Shown in pieces: positions 30,760 through 40,101 of a DNA stretch of 48,720 nt (positions within the stretch are counted from its first letter, which is position 1; every line of letters starts with the position of its first letter). Below the pieces are notes generated by a model that was not told the DNA's origin, made no database searches, and worked only from the letters and a program-made list of their open reading frames with translations. A program made the position numbers and the translations under genes. The stretch is from a virus (taxonomy: Duplodnaviria; Heunggongvirae; Uroviricota; Caudoviricetes), in IMG/VR virus record IMGVR_UViG_2541047815_000004; one strand, 5' to 3'.

Positions 30760-31622
30760 AGTATGTCTTTATTGAAAAACATCAGGCTGAGTTCAGCATC
30801 AAAGCAATGTGCCGCGTGCTCCGGGTGGCCCGCAGCGGCTGGTATACGTGGTGTCAGCGGCGGACAAGGATAAGCACGCGTCAGCAGTTCCGCCAACACT
30901 GCGACAGCGTTGTCCTCGCGGCTTTTACCCGGTCAAAACAGCGTTACGGTGCCCCACGCCTGACGGATGAACTGCGTGCTCAGGGTTACCCCTTTAACGT
31001 AAAAACCGTGGCGGCAAGCCTGCGCCGTCAGGGACTGAGGGCAAAGGCCTCCCGGAAGTTCAGCCCGGTCAGCTACCGCGCACACGGCCTGCCTGTGTCA
31101 GAAAATCTGTTGGAGCAGGATTTTTACGCCAGTGGCCCGAACCAGAAGTGGGCAGGAGACATCACGTACTTACGTACAGATGAAGGCTGGCTGTATCTGG
31201 CAGTGGTCATTGACCTGTGGTCACGTGCCGTTATTGGCTGGTCAATGTCGCCACGCATGACGGCGCAACTGGCCTGCGATGCCCTGCAGATGGCGCTGTG
31301 GCGGCGTAAGAGGCCCCGGAACGTTATCGTTCACACGGACCGTGGAGGCCAGTACTGTTCAGCAGATTATCAGGCGCAACTGAAGCGGCATAATCTGCGT
31401 GGAAGTATGAGCGCAAAAGGTTGCTGCTACGATAATGCCTGCGTGGAAAGCTTCTTTCATTCGCTGAAAGTGGAATGTATCCATGGAGAACACTTTATCA
31501 GCCGGGAAATAATGCGGGCAACGGTGTTTAATTATATCGAATGTGATTACAATCGGTGGCGGCGGCACAGTTGGTGTGGCGGCCTCAGTCCGGAACAATT
31601 TGAAAACAAGAACCTCGCTTAG
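30756..31622 (+). CDS. insF: IS3 transposase OrfB (InsF), 288 aa, DDE catalytic domain
   Basis: Recognised as IS3 InsF; overlaps insE in the -1 frame as expected for IS3-family frameshift fusion. Confidence 0.85.
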
Positions 31623-31831
31623 GCCTGTGTCCATATTACGTGGGTAGGATCATTTTCCATCCACCACTGTGGCACCCCGACAGATGGTCCATATGCCAGA
31701 ACCATCGCGGTATGCCATTGTGTGGTTACCTTCTTTTTCGTCCAGAAACTGGTCAAGTATCTGAGGAGCAGATGCGCCAGCACCAATCAGCGCCAGAACG
31801 GCAGCCGACAGGCCGTATCTGATTTTTGTGT

Positions 31832-32143
31832 TCATATATATTTATGATGAGGACGCTCGTGCTTATTGGCAGGATTTTCAATCTTAAAGGAGTACTGATG
31901 CTGCAGATAAGACTCAACTTTTTCTGACAATTTTTCTGCTACTTCCAGGAAGACTTGCCGGACGCTCCTTCTGGCTGCTGCCTCATAAAACTCCAGCGCA
32001 GCTCCTTCAACACGGTCCATGGCGACATCCAGGTCAAAAATTTCACCGTCAAAGCGTTCCTTGTCCTGTAAGGCTACAGTTACCGTAACTTTATTCTCAA
32101 AATTACGGACTCCTTTCACAACCAGTTCATAGTCTTGAGTCAT
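31832..32143 (-). CDS. ydfR: YdfR (DUF1327) lysis-cassette-associated protein, 103 aa
   Basis: Recognised from memory as Qin YdfR; between holin and endolysin. Confidence 0.75.
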   Translation of the reverse strand: MTQDYELVVKGVRNFENKVTVTVALQDKERFDGEIFDLDVAMDRVEGAALEFYEAAARRSVRQVFLEVAEKLSEKVESYLQHQYSFKIENPANKHERPHHKYI

Positions 32144-32147
32144 TGTA

Positions 32148-32363
32148 TTACTCTCCTCTCGCAGCCTTACGCCTGTCTTCTTTAATCTTGAAATAAAGAT
32201 TTGTCAGATACGTCAGCAGGCCAAAAACCAGGCTACCCAGCACACCGATTGCAGCCCACTGTGACGGAGTTACTTTATCGAGTAACTGCAATGCCCAGAA
32301 ACCAGCATTACCCGCCGATGTGCCATAGGCAACACCTGTTGTTAACTTATCCATTGATTTCAT
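32148..32363 (-). CDS. essQ: Phage 21 S-type pinholin, 71 aa with dual-start motif MKSM
   Basis: Met27 of the track ORF; sequence ...[62 protein letters not shown] matches S21-type holins; partnered with a SAR endolysin. Confidence 0.8.
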   Translation of the reverse strand: MKSMDKLTTGVAYGTSAGNAGFWALQLLDKVTPSQWAAIGVLGSLVFGLLTYLTNLYFKIKEDRRKAARGE

Positions 32364-32583
32364 ATCCTCACCCCGATGTACACGGATGGTGCAATATGTT
32401 TGAAAAAGATCGGAGTCTACGGGGTAGTTTTGACAGCACACGTTGTTCTCAACGGCGCTAAAGAAACATACACATTAAAAATGTGAGTAATTATTTTGAA
32501 AGAAAGTCATATATAAAATAATAATACGAGAAATGTTTTCATATTTAGTGTACTGTATACGGCCATTTATACAGGAAAAGCCT

Positions 32584-32754
32584 ATGTCAGAACGTAAAGA
32601 CTCAAAATCACGCCGTAATTATCTCGTTAAATGTTCCTGCCCAAACTGCACCCAAGAGTCAGAACACAGTTTTTCAAGAGTACAAAAAGGTGCCCTTTTG
32701 ATCTGCCCTCATTGCAACAAAGTATTCCAGACAAATCTTAAAGCTGTAGCCTGA
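32584..32754 (+). CDS. Hypothetical 56-aa zinc-ribbon protein (CSCPNC...CPHC)
   Basis: ATG preceded by AGGAAAAG Shine-Dalgarno; two CxxC pairs; Met18 of the track ORF. Confidence 0.4.
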   Translation: MSERKDSKSRRNYLVKCSCPNCTQESEHSFSRVQKGALLICPHCNKVFQTNLKAVA

Positions 32755-32810
32755 TTGATTTTATTAGTAACAAGTATTTTTTATATTTTAATAATATATT
32801 TAAAGCAGAT

Positions 32811-32836
32811 AATAAAAAACCCGCCTGAGCGGGTTT
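32811..32836 (-). terminator. Intrinsic terminator (bidirectional potential) between cspB and essQ
   Basis: 8-bp stem AAACCCGC/GCGGGUUU with 4-nt loop; minus-strand transcript continues UUUAUUAU. Confidence 0.55.
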
Positions 32837-33117
32837 GAGATTGTGGTGCTTTTTGTGGGAGTCATCCACTTACGCACTTTGTTTTGCGATGCCAGCAGTT
32901 AGCTTCTGCTGTGAAACTATTCATGCAGCAAACCTGCACTTCACCACAATGGTTAGCATACTTTTCCTGATTAAGATTTTGCCAAATATGCTAGCCATTG
33001 TTTCATGTATTGGACCTCCTTACTTTTTATTAAAGAGATCCAATATTCACTACTCTGTCCGTATCTCTACTCAGGCATCAGCCTTCTTCGTTATCGTATA
33101 CAGACGAGCGATGAATT

Positions 33118-33333
33118 TTAATCAGTAATGATGACATTTGCTGCTGCAGGACCTTTAGCACCACTCTCTATAGAGAAGGTAACCTTTTGACCTTCAAATA
33201 AGGTTCGATAATTATCATTCTGAATCGCAGAAAAATGCACAAACACATCTTTACTACCATCAACAGGAGAAATAAAGCCGAAACCTTTATCAGCGTTAAA
33301 CCATTTTACTAAACCAGTCATTTTATTTGACAT
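33118..33333 (-). CDS. cspB: Cold shock protein CspA family, 71 aa
   Basis: Cold-shock-domain motifs; recognised as CspB. Confidence 0.9.
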   Translation of the reverse strand: MSNKMTGLVKWFNADKGFGFISPVDGSKDVFVHFSAIQNDNYRTLFEGQKVTFSIESGAKGPAAANVIITD

Positions 33334-33633
33334 TCTACATTCCTTAACTTGAGCCTTTCGGCATAAATGGTTTGCATAACAGAAACGACTTCGTACTTAA
33401 TTGGAGAGACTCAAAGAAGGAATAAGTGAATAACACCTGAAATGAGAACTGCTTTAGTAAACTACTTCGTATATCGTCTGTTCTTCAAACCGACGCAATC
33501 ATTAACGCATAGTTGAACATATGAAGCAATGTTTATTTTAGACATCCAGCCATCTTCAACCCCATCAAAAAACTATAGCTTTCTTCAGGAACGTGTGTAT
33601 AGTGCGCCAAGTTATCAGTATTAAGGAATTTTT

Positions 33634-33846
33634 TTGTCCCGTAAAATGACAGGAATTGTCAAAACCTTTGACGGCAAAAGCGGCAAGGGTCTTATCACCC
33701 CATCCGATGGTCGTATCGATGTCCAGCTTCATGTTTCAGCGCTCAATCTCCGCGATGCAGAAGAAATTACCACCGGATTACGCGTGGAATTTTGCCGGAT
33801 AAATGGTCTGCGTGGCCCTTCAGCTGCCAATGTTTACCTTTCATGA
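33634..33846 (+). CDS. cspF: Cold shock protein family member, 70 aa, apparent TTG start
   Basis: Recognised as CspF-like; TTG at 33634 preceded by TAAGGAA Shine-Dalgarno; an in-frame ATG lies 4 codons downstream. Confidence 0.8.
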
Positions 33847-34138
33847 GCTATATTAAAGCTTTAATTTCAGGCCCCATCGGATCACACATGGAGAGTTTTT
33901 ATGAATAACCCCGTCTGTCTTGATGACTGGTTGATTGGCTTTAAAAGCTTATGCTGTACTTTGGCCGTAATAGCTCTGCTAATAATATAATAAGCAGACT
34001 CATTGTGTTTAGGGACATTGTACTGGAAGAAAACATTTTAAACATCAGGCAAATAACCAAGTCACCAGCTAAATAATAAGTTAACAGACATGAGTCCCGG
34101 GATGAGATTCAACATTACCATTGCCCCATTTAAAGCAC

Positions 34139-34170
34139 AAAACCCGCTCATCAGCGGGTTTTCTACTTTT
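34139..34170 (+). terminator. Intrinsic terminator between convergent cspF and quuQ
   Basis: 10-bp stem AAAACCCGCT/AGCGGGTTTT with 4-nt loop, followed on the plus strand by TTCTACTTTTT; weaker U-tract on the minus strand, about 100 nt after the Q stop. Confidence 0.5.
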
Positions 34171-34267
34171 TCTTAACGTCGGGTATACAAAGCCCATCGT
34201 TGAAAAAATTTTATCCATATTTTTTGAAAAATGCAAACATCATGTCGCCATCTTCAGCAAAAATCAT

Positions 34268-35020
34268 TTATCTCGTCACCTTCCTCAATTGCGCTTCCGC
34301 GTATGCTTCTTCCTGCCAGCACTTTGTTACCAGTTTACCAATGACGTCCGCATACCCCTTATACCACTGATAATCGGTCAGGTCTGGTACCAGCTTCTGG
34401 ACATGACGTCGTGCCAGCGTGGTCGGTAAACGACTAAACCGGTTTCCATTACAACGCCCACAAATCTTATATACCGGTACGCCATGAAACCGGGTTCTTT
34501 TTTCATCCAGAACAATCCCTTTACCCTTACACCCTCTGCACGCTGTGCTGGCTTCGCCCTTACCATGGCAATGCTGACATAGTTCCTTCACCCATTCTTC
34601 CTTGATTACAGATTCCCCGCGTCTGTAGTGTTTCACCACTTCGCGCAATACATTATAAAATCCCGTACCTGAACAATGCTCACAGCGAGCCTTACTTGCC
34701 GCAGACCTGGAGTAATCAGCAAAGGCAAAACTCACGAGGTAAGGAATAATCTGTAACCGGATTTCTTCACTCAATTTGTTCAATGTCGGGTTATCCAGTG
34801 CCATCGCGTAATTTAGCAGGCCTTCAATCGCAAACTGAGGGTCCTGAACACCAACTTTTGCCAGAAATAAGGCCAACCCAAGTGGTGCTTTCGACTGCAC
34901 CATCCCCTGCGCTGCCATTACATCCGTAATTGTTAAACAACCGGTGCCTGTCGCTGGAGCGTCATCGCTCAATTTTGGAGATTTTGGGGAGTAATATTTT
35001 GGTAAGGCTTCAAGGTTCAT
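34268..35020 (-). CDS. quuQ: Late-gene antiterminator Q, 250 aa
   Basis: Zinc-finger Cys clusters (CEHCSGTG, CQHCHGKG, CRGCKGKG, CGRCNGN) typical of Q proteins; recognised as QuuQ. Confidence 0.85.
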   Translation of the reverse strand: MNLEALPKYYSPKSPKLSDDAPATGTGCLTITDVMAAQGMVQSKAPLGLALFLAKVGVQDPQFAIEGLLNYAMALDNPTLNKLSEEIRLQIIPYLVSFAFADYSRSAASKARCEHCSGTGFYNVLREVVKHYRRGESVIKEEWVKELCQHCHGKGEASTACRGCKGKGIVLDEKRTRFHGVPVYKICGRCNGNRFSRLPTTLARRHVQKLVPDLTDYQWYKGYADVIGKLVTKCWQEEAYAEAQLRKVTR

Positions 35021-35033
35021 GCTCGTTCTCCAC

Positions 35034-36122
35034 TTACGCCAGTACGCCAGTTGCCAGCGCGCGATCGATAAAACGAAATATCAGCTCCAGTTGGGAGCCA
35101 TACTTCTCTTCAAATGCCACTGTATCCGTATGCAGCTCGTTGTGATGCTTTCTGCACAAAGGCAACACAAAGAGATCATGTGCTTTTGTTCCCATTCCGC
35201 CCTGCCCGTGACCAATCAGATGATGCGGATCGTCGGCTGGCATACCGCAGCAAGCACACGGCTGTGTCTTAACCCAACGTGTGTATTTCTCCTTAACCCA
35301 GCGGCGACGTTTAGGCAGCTTCATGAAAGATTCCGGAGACTCTGGATCAACGGTGATGCTTACCACCGTCTTTTCCTGTGGTGGTTTTTGTTGCTGGTGG
35401 GCGTAAGGCAACGGTGCAAGATTTTTTGTGCGTTGTTTCAATATACTGGTGGCGGTCTGCTCTCCCGGTACGATGTCGCTTTCGCGGTACACCGAGCAGA
35501 TTTTTTCCGCTGGTAATCCCAGCGAACGACGCGATACAGTCTCAGGTAGTGCATCCACCACCTGATTGCAGACCGCCCACCAGGATAATTCAGCCAAAGA
35601 TAATTCCCGCTCCTGCGTACCGCTTATTGCGTGACGGATGACGTCAATCACCCATGCTGTCAGATTTTGTTGAGCAAGCAGCTCCAGTGATTCCGATGTC
35701 TGGTCACGCAGTTGGTTGTCGCAGTGCCAGCACAACACCATTACGCCGGTACCATAACGGTGAATGACTGTTTCAGTGTGATGGTAATCGCCATTAGGCC
35801 ACTGGCAGGATGTAACATGACGTAATAGCCAGTCAGACAATGCGCCAACGCCGCCAGCAGCACGAATCACCCGTTCGTTACTAAAAAACGGCAGCAATGT
35901 TTTGTCTTCCGCCAGCGGCTGGCGAACGGCAGGAACGACTCCGGATGGCAGATTACGCATGCTTTTTGGCTCCGGTTCCACCAGCACTCGAGGATTATGA
36001 AATATCTGTATGGATTCACGGCCCGGCTTAAGGACCACCAGCCCAAGCTCAGGCACCAGAACAGGTCTAAGTAATACCCGCACGTTACCTCCAGATCCGT
36101 TGCTGGAAAGTGCGGGACGCAC
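35034..36122 (-). CDS. ydfU: YdfU (DUF968) protein, 362 aa from the first Met; true start may be Met55 at 35960
   Basis: Recognised as YdfU; C-terminal Cys/His cluster (CACCGMPADDPHHLIGHG...CRKHHNELH). Confidence 0.7.
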   Translation of the reverse strand: MRPALSSNGSGGNVRVLLRPVLVPELGLVVLKPGRESIQIFHNPRVLVEPEPKSMRNLPSGVVPAVRQPLAEDKTLLPFFSNERVIRAAGGVGALSDWLLRHVTSCQWPNGDYHHTETVIHRYGTGVMVLCWHCDNQLRDQTSESLELLAQQNLTAWVIDVIRHAISGTQERELSLAELSWWAVCNQVVDALPETVSRRSLGLPAEKICSVYRESDIVPGEQTATSILKQRTKNLAPLPYAHQQQKPPQEKTVVSITVDPESPESFMKLPKRRRWVKEKYTRWVKTQPCACCGMPADDPHHLIGHGQGGMGTKAHDLFVLPLCRKHHNELHTDTVAFEEKYGSQLELIFRFIDRALATGVLA

Positions 36123-36363
36123 GTGGTGGGCGTTCGGAATAAGGCAGCCTGACAGAGATTATCCAGTGCCGATAGTCGAGACTGAGAGCTTTCTTAACCT
36201 CGAACCCGCGCCTGCGGTAAGAATGAATCAGCCATTCGGCCTGTTCTGCAGTGCATGGAGGGTGCTGGAACCATTCAGACTTGAATGCGTGAGAATACCG
36301 CTCGTGCGTGCAGGCAAGAACGGGCGAATTATCAGAATTGTAATATTTTGCGTTGCGTGCCAT
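36085..36363 (-). CDS. Hypothetical 92-aa protein
   Basis: ATG with GGAG Shine-Dalgarno 8 nt upstream; overlaps only the uncertain N-terminal extension of ydfU. Confidence 0.35.
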   Translation of the reverse strand: MARNAKYYNSDNSPVLACTHERYSHAFKSEWFQHPPCTAEQAEWLIHSYRRRGFEVKKALSLDYRHWIISVRLPYSERPPRASRTFQQRIWR

Positions 36364-36429
36364 CGGTTTTCTCCGGTGGCACGGTGTTACTCAGCGGGAG
36401 TTCAGCCCCGCGCAAGATTGTAGATGAGT

Positions 36430-36681
36430 TTATTCTTCTGAAAAAGCAGAAAAGCCAGCTTTTATTCCGATCTCTTTCAATACCTGTAATGAAGTGACAA
36501 ACTCACCTTCGCGCAAGATAAATCCGTCCGTGACCCGAGCATCCACAAAATTAATTAACGCAGCCCCATTCTTTCGCAAACACAGAATGCGGTAATGACT
36601 AACAATGTTTCCATTTTCAACGCACACAGCATAGAGGCCATCTTCACAAAAAATTTTACGCAGTTCTTCGATGTTCATCAT
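36430..36681 (-). CDS. rem: Rem, small prophage protein, 83 aa
   Basis: Recognised from memory as Qin Rem. Confidence 0.7.
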   Translation of the reverse strand: MMNIEELRKIFCEDGLYAVCVENGNIVSHYRILCLRKNGAALINFVDARVTDGFILREGEFVTSLQVLKEIGIKAGFSAFSEE

Positions 36682-36794
36682 CAGAATCCTTCCGGATAAT
36701 TAGCTCTCCCCTTTAAGGGACCATCCCTCTTATCCCTGCGCGCTACTTAAGTATTTTTGATTCTATTCCGGCACCGTCCAGAACTTCAAACGCG

Positions 36795-36828
36795 TTGAAA
36801 ATAAAAACAAAAACCCGCCGAAGCGGGT
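36795..36828 (-). terminator. Strong intrinsic terminator with UUCG tetraloop downstream of hokD
   Basis: Minus-strand RNA AACCCGC-UUCG-GCGGGUU followed by UUUGUUUUUAUUUU. Confidence 0.65.
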
Positions 36829-36897
36829 TAAGTGCGGGTGCGTTGAGGATGCCTGCCACATCAGAGGTGGCGAGGGATTTCTCCCTCGCCGGGTCTC

Positions 36898-37053
36898 TTA
36901 CTCCTCAGGTTCGTAAGCTGTGAAGACAGCGACCTCCGTCTGCCCGGTTCGGATTCGTACCTCGCAGAGGTCTTTCCTCGTTACCAGTGCCGTCACTATG
37001 ACGGTTAAACAGATGACGATCAGGGCGATTAACATCGCCTTTTGCTGCTTCAT
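36898..37053 (-). CDS. hokD: Hok-family type I toxin, 51 aa
   Basis: MKQQKAMLIALIVICLTVIVTALVTRKDLCEVRIRTGQTEVAVFTAYEPEE; AAGGAG Shine-Dalgarno; in-frame upstream extension in the track ORF. Confidence 0.85.
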   Translation of the reverse strand: MKQQKAMLIALIVICLTVIVTALVTRKDLCEVRIRTGQTEVAVFTAYEPEE

Positions 37054-37516
37054 AGCCTGCTTCTCCTTGCCTTTCGGCACGTAAGAGGCTAGCCTACATG
37101 TGTCTAGCATGAAATTGGCCTCAGATTAATGTTAAGCGTCTTGCAGGACGCGTAATGTTAACTGGGGCTTTTCTCTATCTGCCGTTGGTGTTCATGCCCG
37201 AGGCAGATACGTCAGTGATTCAATACAACTATTGGGTATAGTTCCTCTGATTTTTTCTGTGGAAATGGGGCACAACCACTAGTCACCACCAGCACTTCTT
37301 TTAATACGCAAAGTCCGACACAAGCTAACCTTCTAGTCCGCTTTGAGCGAGGAACGGACGTTGTATAGGTTAGTTAGCGCATCCTCATGAATTGGTGTTC
37401 CTTAAGAGATTCATAACGAAGCGTTTGCATCGGCGGTAGTGTTTATAATCGGTATGAGCCCCCGAGAGGGCTCACATTTCAAATGTATTACGAGGTTACG
37501 CTCAATTAGAAACTTC

Positions 37517-39808
37517 TCATATGTTTCCGCGATAAATCACATTCAAAGCCCGTCGAGAGTAAGACATCAGTTCACCTGGCGTGATGGGTTCTGATGATGC
37601 CTGAGGGTTCGTGTCATGATGATAGCGACCAGCATAATTGTTAATTTCATTCAACTCAGGTACCAGTGATTTAGCGAAGAATAACGGATCGCTCGGTTGT
37701 GCTTGTGCAATCTGCGCTACTACCTCTCCAAACAGATTTCCCGGTGAAATTTGCCCCGGGAAACGACGATGCAGATACCCTTCAAGAAGCGGTCTGATCG
37801 CCACCGCCGTATCGTGAAGCTGATGATGAGCACCATCGGCAAATCCGCTCACCAGACGATGATTTTTATAGTAGGGAGATTCACATTCCAGATCGATATC
37901 TAGTTTATCCAAGCTACTGAAATCACCAGCAATGTTGACAATGCGTAAGGTTGAAATGTCCTGCATTTGAGTAGCAGGTATTTTCAGGAACTCATCTCGC
38001 ATGGTACGGATAAAGAACAGGTCGTGCGCCAAGATGATTACCTGCAAGCTGCGAAGGTAAATCTGTTTAATGATGGTGATTGTGTGGTTCCTGCGATGAT
38101 TGTCCAGACTACACATCGGATCATCAATCACTACAATTTTTCTCTCAAGATCAACGTCATGAAGCAACACTGAAATAAAGAATGCGAAGGCTAGCGTCCT
38201 TTTGTCCCCTTCACTCAATGAGCTCCGGAAACTGGATTCTTCTCCCGTTAGCGAAATCTTTTCCCCTCTAAGTTCAATTGCATATTCAGACTTAGGCTCA
38301 CCGCCGCCAGCATAGTTATAATTAATTTCTGTGATGCGAAAGCTTGCACCAAACTTCATCAATAAATCATTGATGGAGGATTGATACTTTCCAAGGGTCG
38401 AGTCCATGATCGCATTGAGTTCAGCCCTCCGTGTTTCCTTCAGTTCAGAGGCAACCACTTCAGCAGTTTTAGCGGTCTGATAATCAGAGATAAAACCTAC
38501 TATCTCAGGTGATAGACGAAGTCGTGTTGCTTCATACTGGGATAATGTAACCCGCAGGGTTTCTTCATTTTTGGTTTCAAGCGCCTCTTTATAAGCCTGA
38601 ATATCCAGATTGGCAGCTTCCACGCCCGAATTAAAGATAGAAAGCTCATCATTGATTGCAGTTACTGCATCCGCGATTTCTTTTTCATAGTCGCCTTGGG
38701 TCTTTGCAAGCGGATCGTTTTTCTTGGCTTCCGTTAAGCGGTTCAGCGATGATTGAAGACCTTCCAAACTAGCTTTAATTTTATCTAAATCAGGGAGACT
38801 CACGGGCAACTGGAGACAATCTTTCCAATTTTCAGTCACTAAACCAGCCTGCTCAATCTTGCTTTCAAGTAAGGCCAGATTGAAAACGCGCATGGCAGTC
38901 GCCACAACTTTATCTAGGCCTGTGACCTGATTAAGTAAGGCTTTGTATGCAAGATTAAACCGCTCCCGGTAGTACCGGATCAGTTCAATACCCTCCAGGC
39001 TTTGCGTACAGAAAGGACAATATTCGTCTTTTATATAATCAAGGCCGTTGCTCGCCCATCGCTCAAAACCTTCGACATTGATATGGTCAATATGCGCACA
39101 GACGACCTCTTCTGCACCCGCACTGAGGCTGTCATAGCTAGCTGCAAGAGTGGAAAAAAAAGAACTGAAATCAGGAGCGTAAAGAGGTAACGAAAGATAA
39201 CCCGTACGGTTGCGGATCGTCTCTATTCTTTTGCAGAGATCCAGTTCTGATTCGACTAATGCAATTTTTTCCTGAATGTTATCTTCCTGAACAGGCTTTA
39301 TGTATTTTGCTAGAGTTACATTCCCCCGGGCTACTGTCAGCTTTTCACTTGCCAGTCTCGTAACTCTCTTGGCCTCCTCTGCCTTGTCTGATGCATCAAT
39401 AAAAGCAGCCCTCGCGGCTACCGCATCACTGCCCAGCGCAAAACTCAGCAGTCGCTTTCTATGGCTAGCGCTGATTTCACCACCTGAGTAAACATTACGG
39501 TCAACAAAATCTAGGTCGAAGACGTGCACATCTGAATACTTACCATTCCATGTATCGTTATCGTAAATCGCACGATTTCCCTGCGAAAACTGCAGATGAA
39601 TATTTTGAGGGGTCGTTTCCCCAATCGTTTTCCTGTGCCGTACAATATCTGGATTTAATTCAGTGTAGGAACGCAGAATTGACGCAAGGGTGGATTTACC
39701 ACGCCCATTATCAGCATAGACAAAGGTCATTTTTTTAAAGGACATACCAGCAGGACGGATATCCTGGAATAAACCCACGCTGGTAATTTGATGAATTCTT
39801 TCAAGCAT
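37517..39808 (-). CDS. ABC/SMC-type P-loop ATPase with coiled-coil insertion carrying a CxxC motif and an unassigned C-terminal domain, 763 aa; candidate anti-phage defence protein
   Basis: Walker A ADNGRGKST (aa 32-40); about 500 aa predicted coiled coil with CPFC at aa 264-267; signature-like LSEGDK, Walker B KIVVIDDP, D-loop SLD and H-loop ILAHD near aa 530-610; about 150-aa C-terminal domain with RPLLE and HH motifs; AAGGGA Shine-Dalgarno. Confidence 0.6.
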   Translation of the reverse strand: MLERIHQITSVGLFQDIRPAGMSFKKMTFVYADNGRGKSTLASILRSYTELNPDIVRHRKTIGETTPQNIHLQFSQGNRAIYDNDTWNGKYSDVHVFDLDFVDRNVYSGGEISASHRKRLLSFALGSDAVAARAAFIDASDKAEEAKRVTRLASEKLTVARGNVTLAKYIKPVQEDNIQEKIALVESELDLCKRIETIRNRTGYLSLPLYAPDFSSFFSTLAASYDSLSAGAEEVVCAHIDHINVEGFERWASNGLDYIKDEYCPFCTQSLEGIELIRYYRERFNLAYKALLNQVTGLDKVVATAMRVFNLALLESKIEQAGLVTENWKDCLQLPVSLPDLDKIKASLEGLQSSLNRLTEAKKNDPLAKTQGDYEKEIADAVTAINDELSIFNSGVEAANLDIQAYKEALETKNEETLRVTLSQYEATRLRLSPEIVGFISDYQTAKTAEVVASELKETRRAELNAIMDSTLGKYQSSINDLLMKFGASFRITEINYNYAGGGEPKSEYAIELRGEKISLTGEESSFRSSLSEGDKRTLAFAFFISVLLHDVDLERKIVVIDDPMCSLDNHRRNHTITIIKQIYLRSLQVIILAHDLFFIRTMRDEFLKIPATQMQDISTLRIVNIAGDFSSLDKLDIDLECESPYYKNHRLVSGFADGAHHQLHDTAVAIRPLLEGYLHRRFPGQISPGNLFGEVVAQIAQAQPSDPLFFAKSLVPELNEINNYAGRYHHDTNPQASSEPITPGELMSYSRRALNVIYRGNI

Positions 39809-40101
39809 ATAAATCCCTTTTTCTTCGCAATTTTTACCGCTGTGGATTGAGATTAGAACAAGATGAATACTAGTGCACCGTCCTACTAGGAGGATTTTTT
39901 CTGGTGTTGACTCCGTTTGGATGCAGTTAACATATCACGGTTCTGCTCCCCACAGATTGATGCAGATAGATGTTAGTAACGTCTGCTCCTGGCACAAAGC
40001 GGACAACCACGCCAGATCTACCCTGTGCCATGAAAAATGAGAATGTCAATTCACTCCTGAACTAATGCTTTTTAATCTAGTAACGTCTAAAATACCTAAC
40101 A

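Larger units (their letters stand above)
30395..31652 (+). mobile_element. IS3: IS3 insertion sequence, 1258 bp, with terminal inverted repeats and 3-bp target site duplication TTT
   Basis: Ends TGATCTTACCCAGCAATAGTGG ... CCATATTACGTGGGTAGGATCA; contains insE/insF; TTT at 30392-30394 and 31653-31655. Confidence 0.9.

Noticed and set aside
39809-39900. Promoter for the ATPase gene (possible TAAAAT -10 and TTGTTC -35 on the minus strand)
   Set aside because: Spacing of about 19 bp is suboptimal and AT-rich DNA gives many chance hexamers, so I did not list it as a feature.
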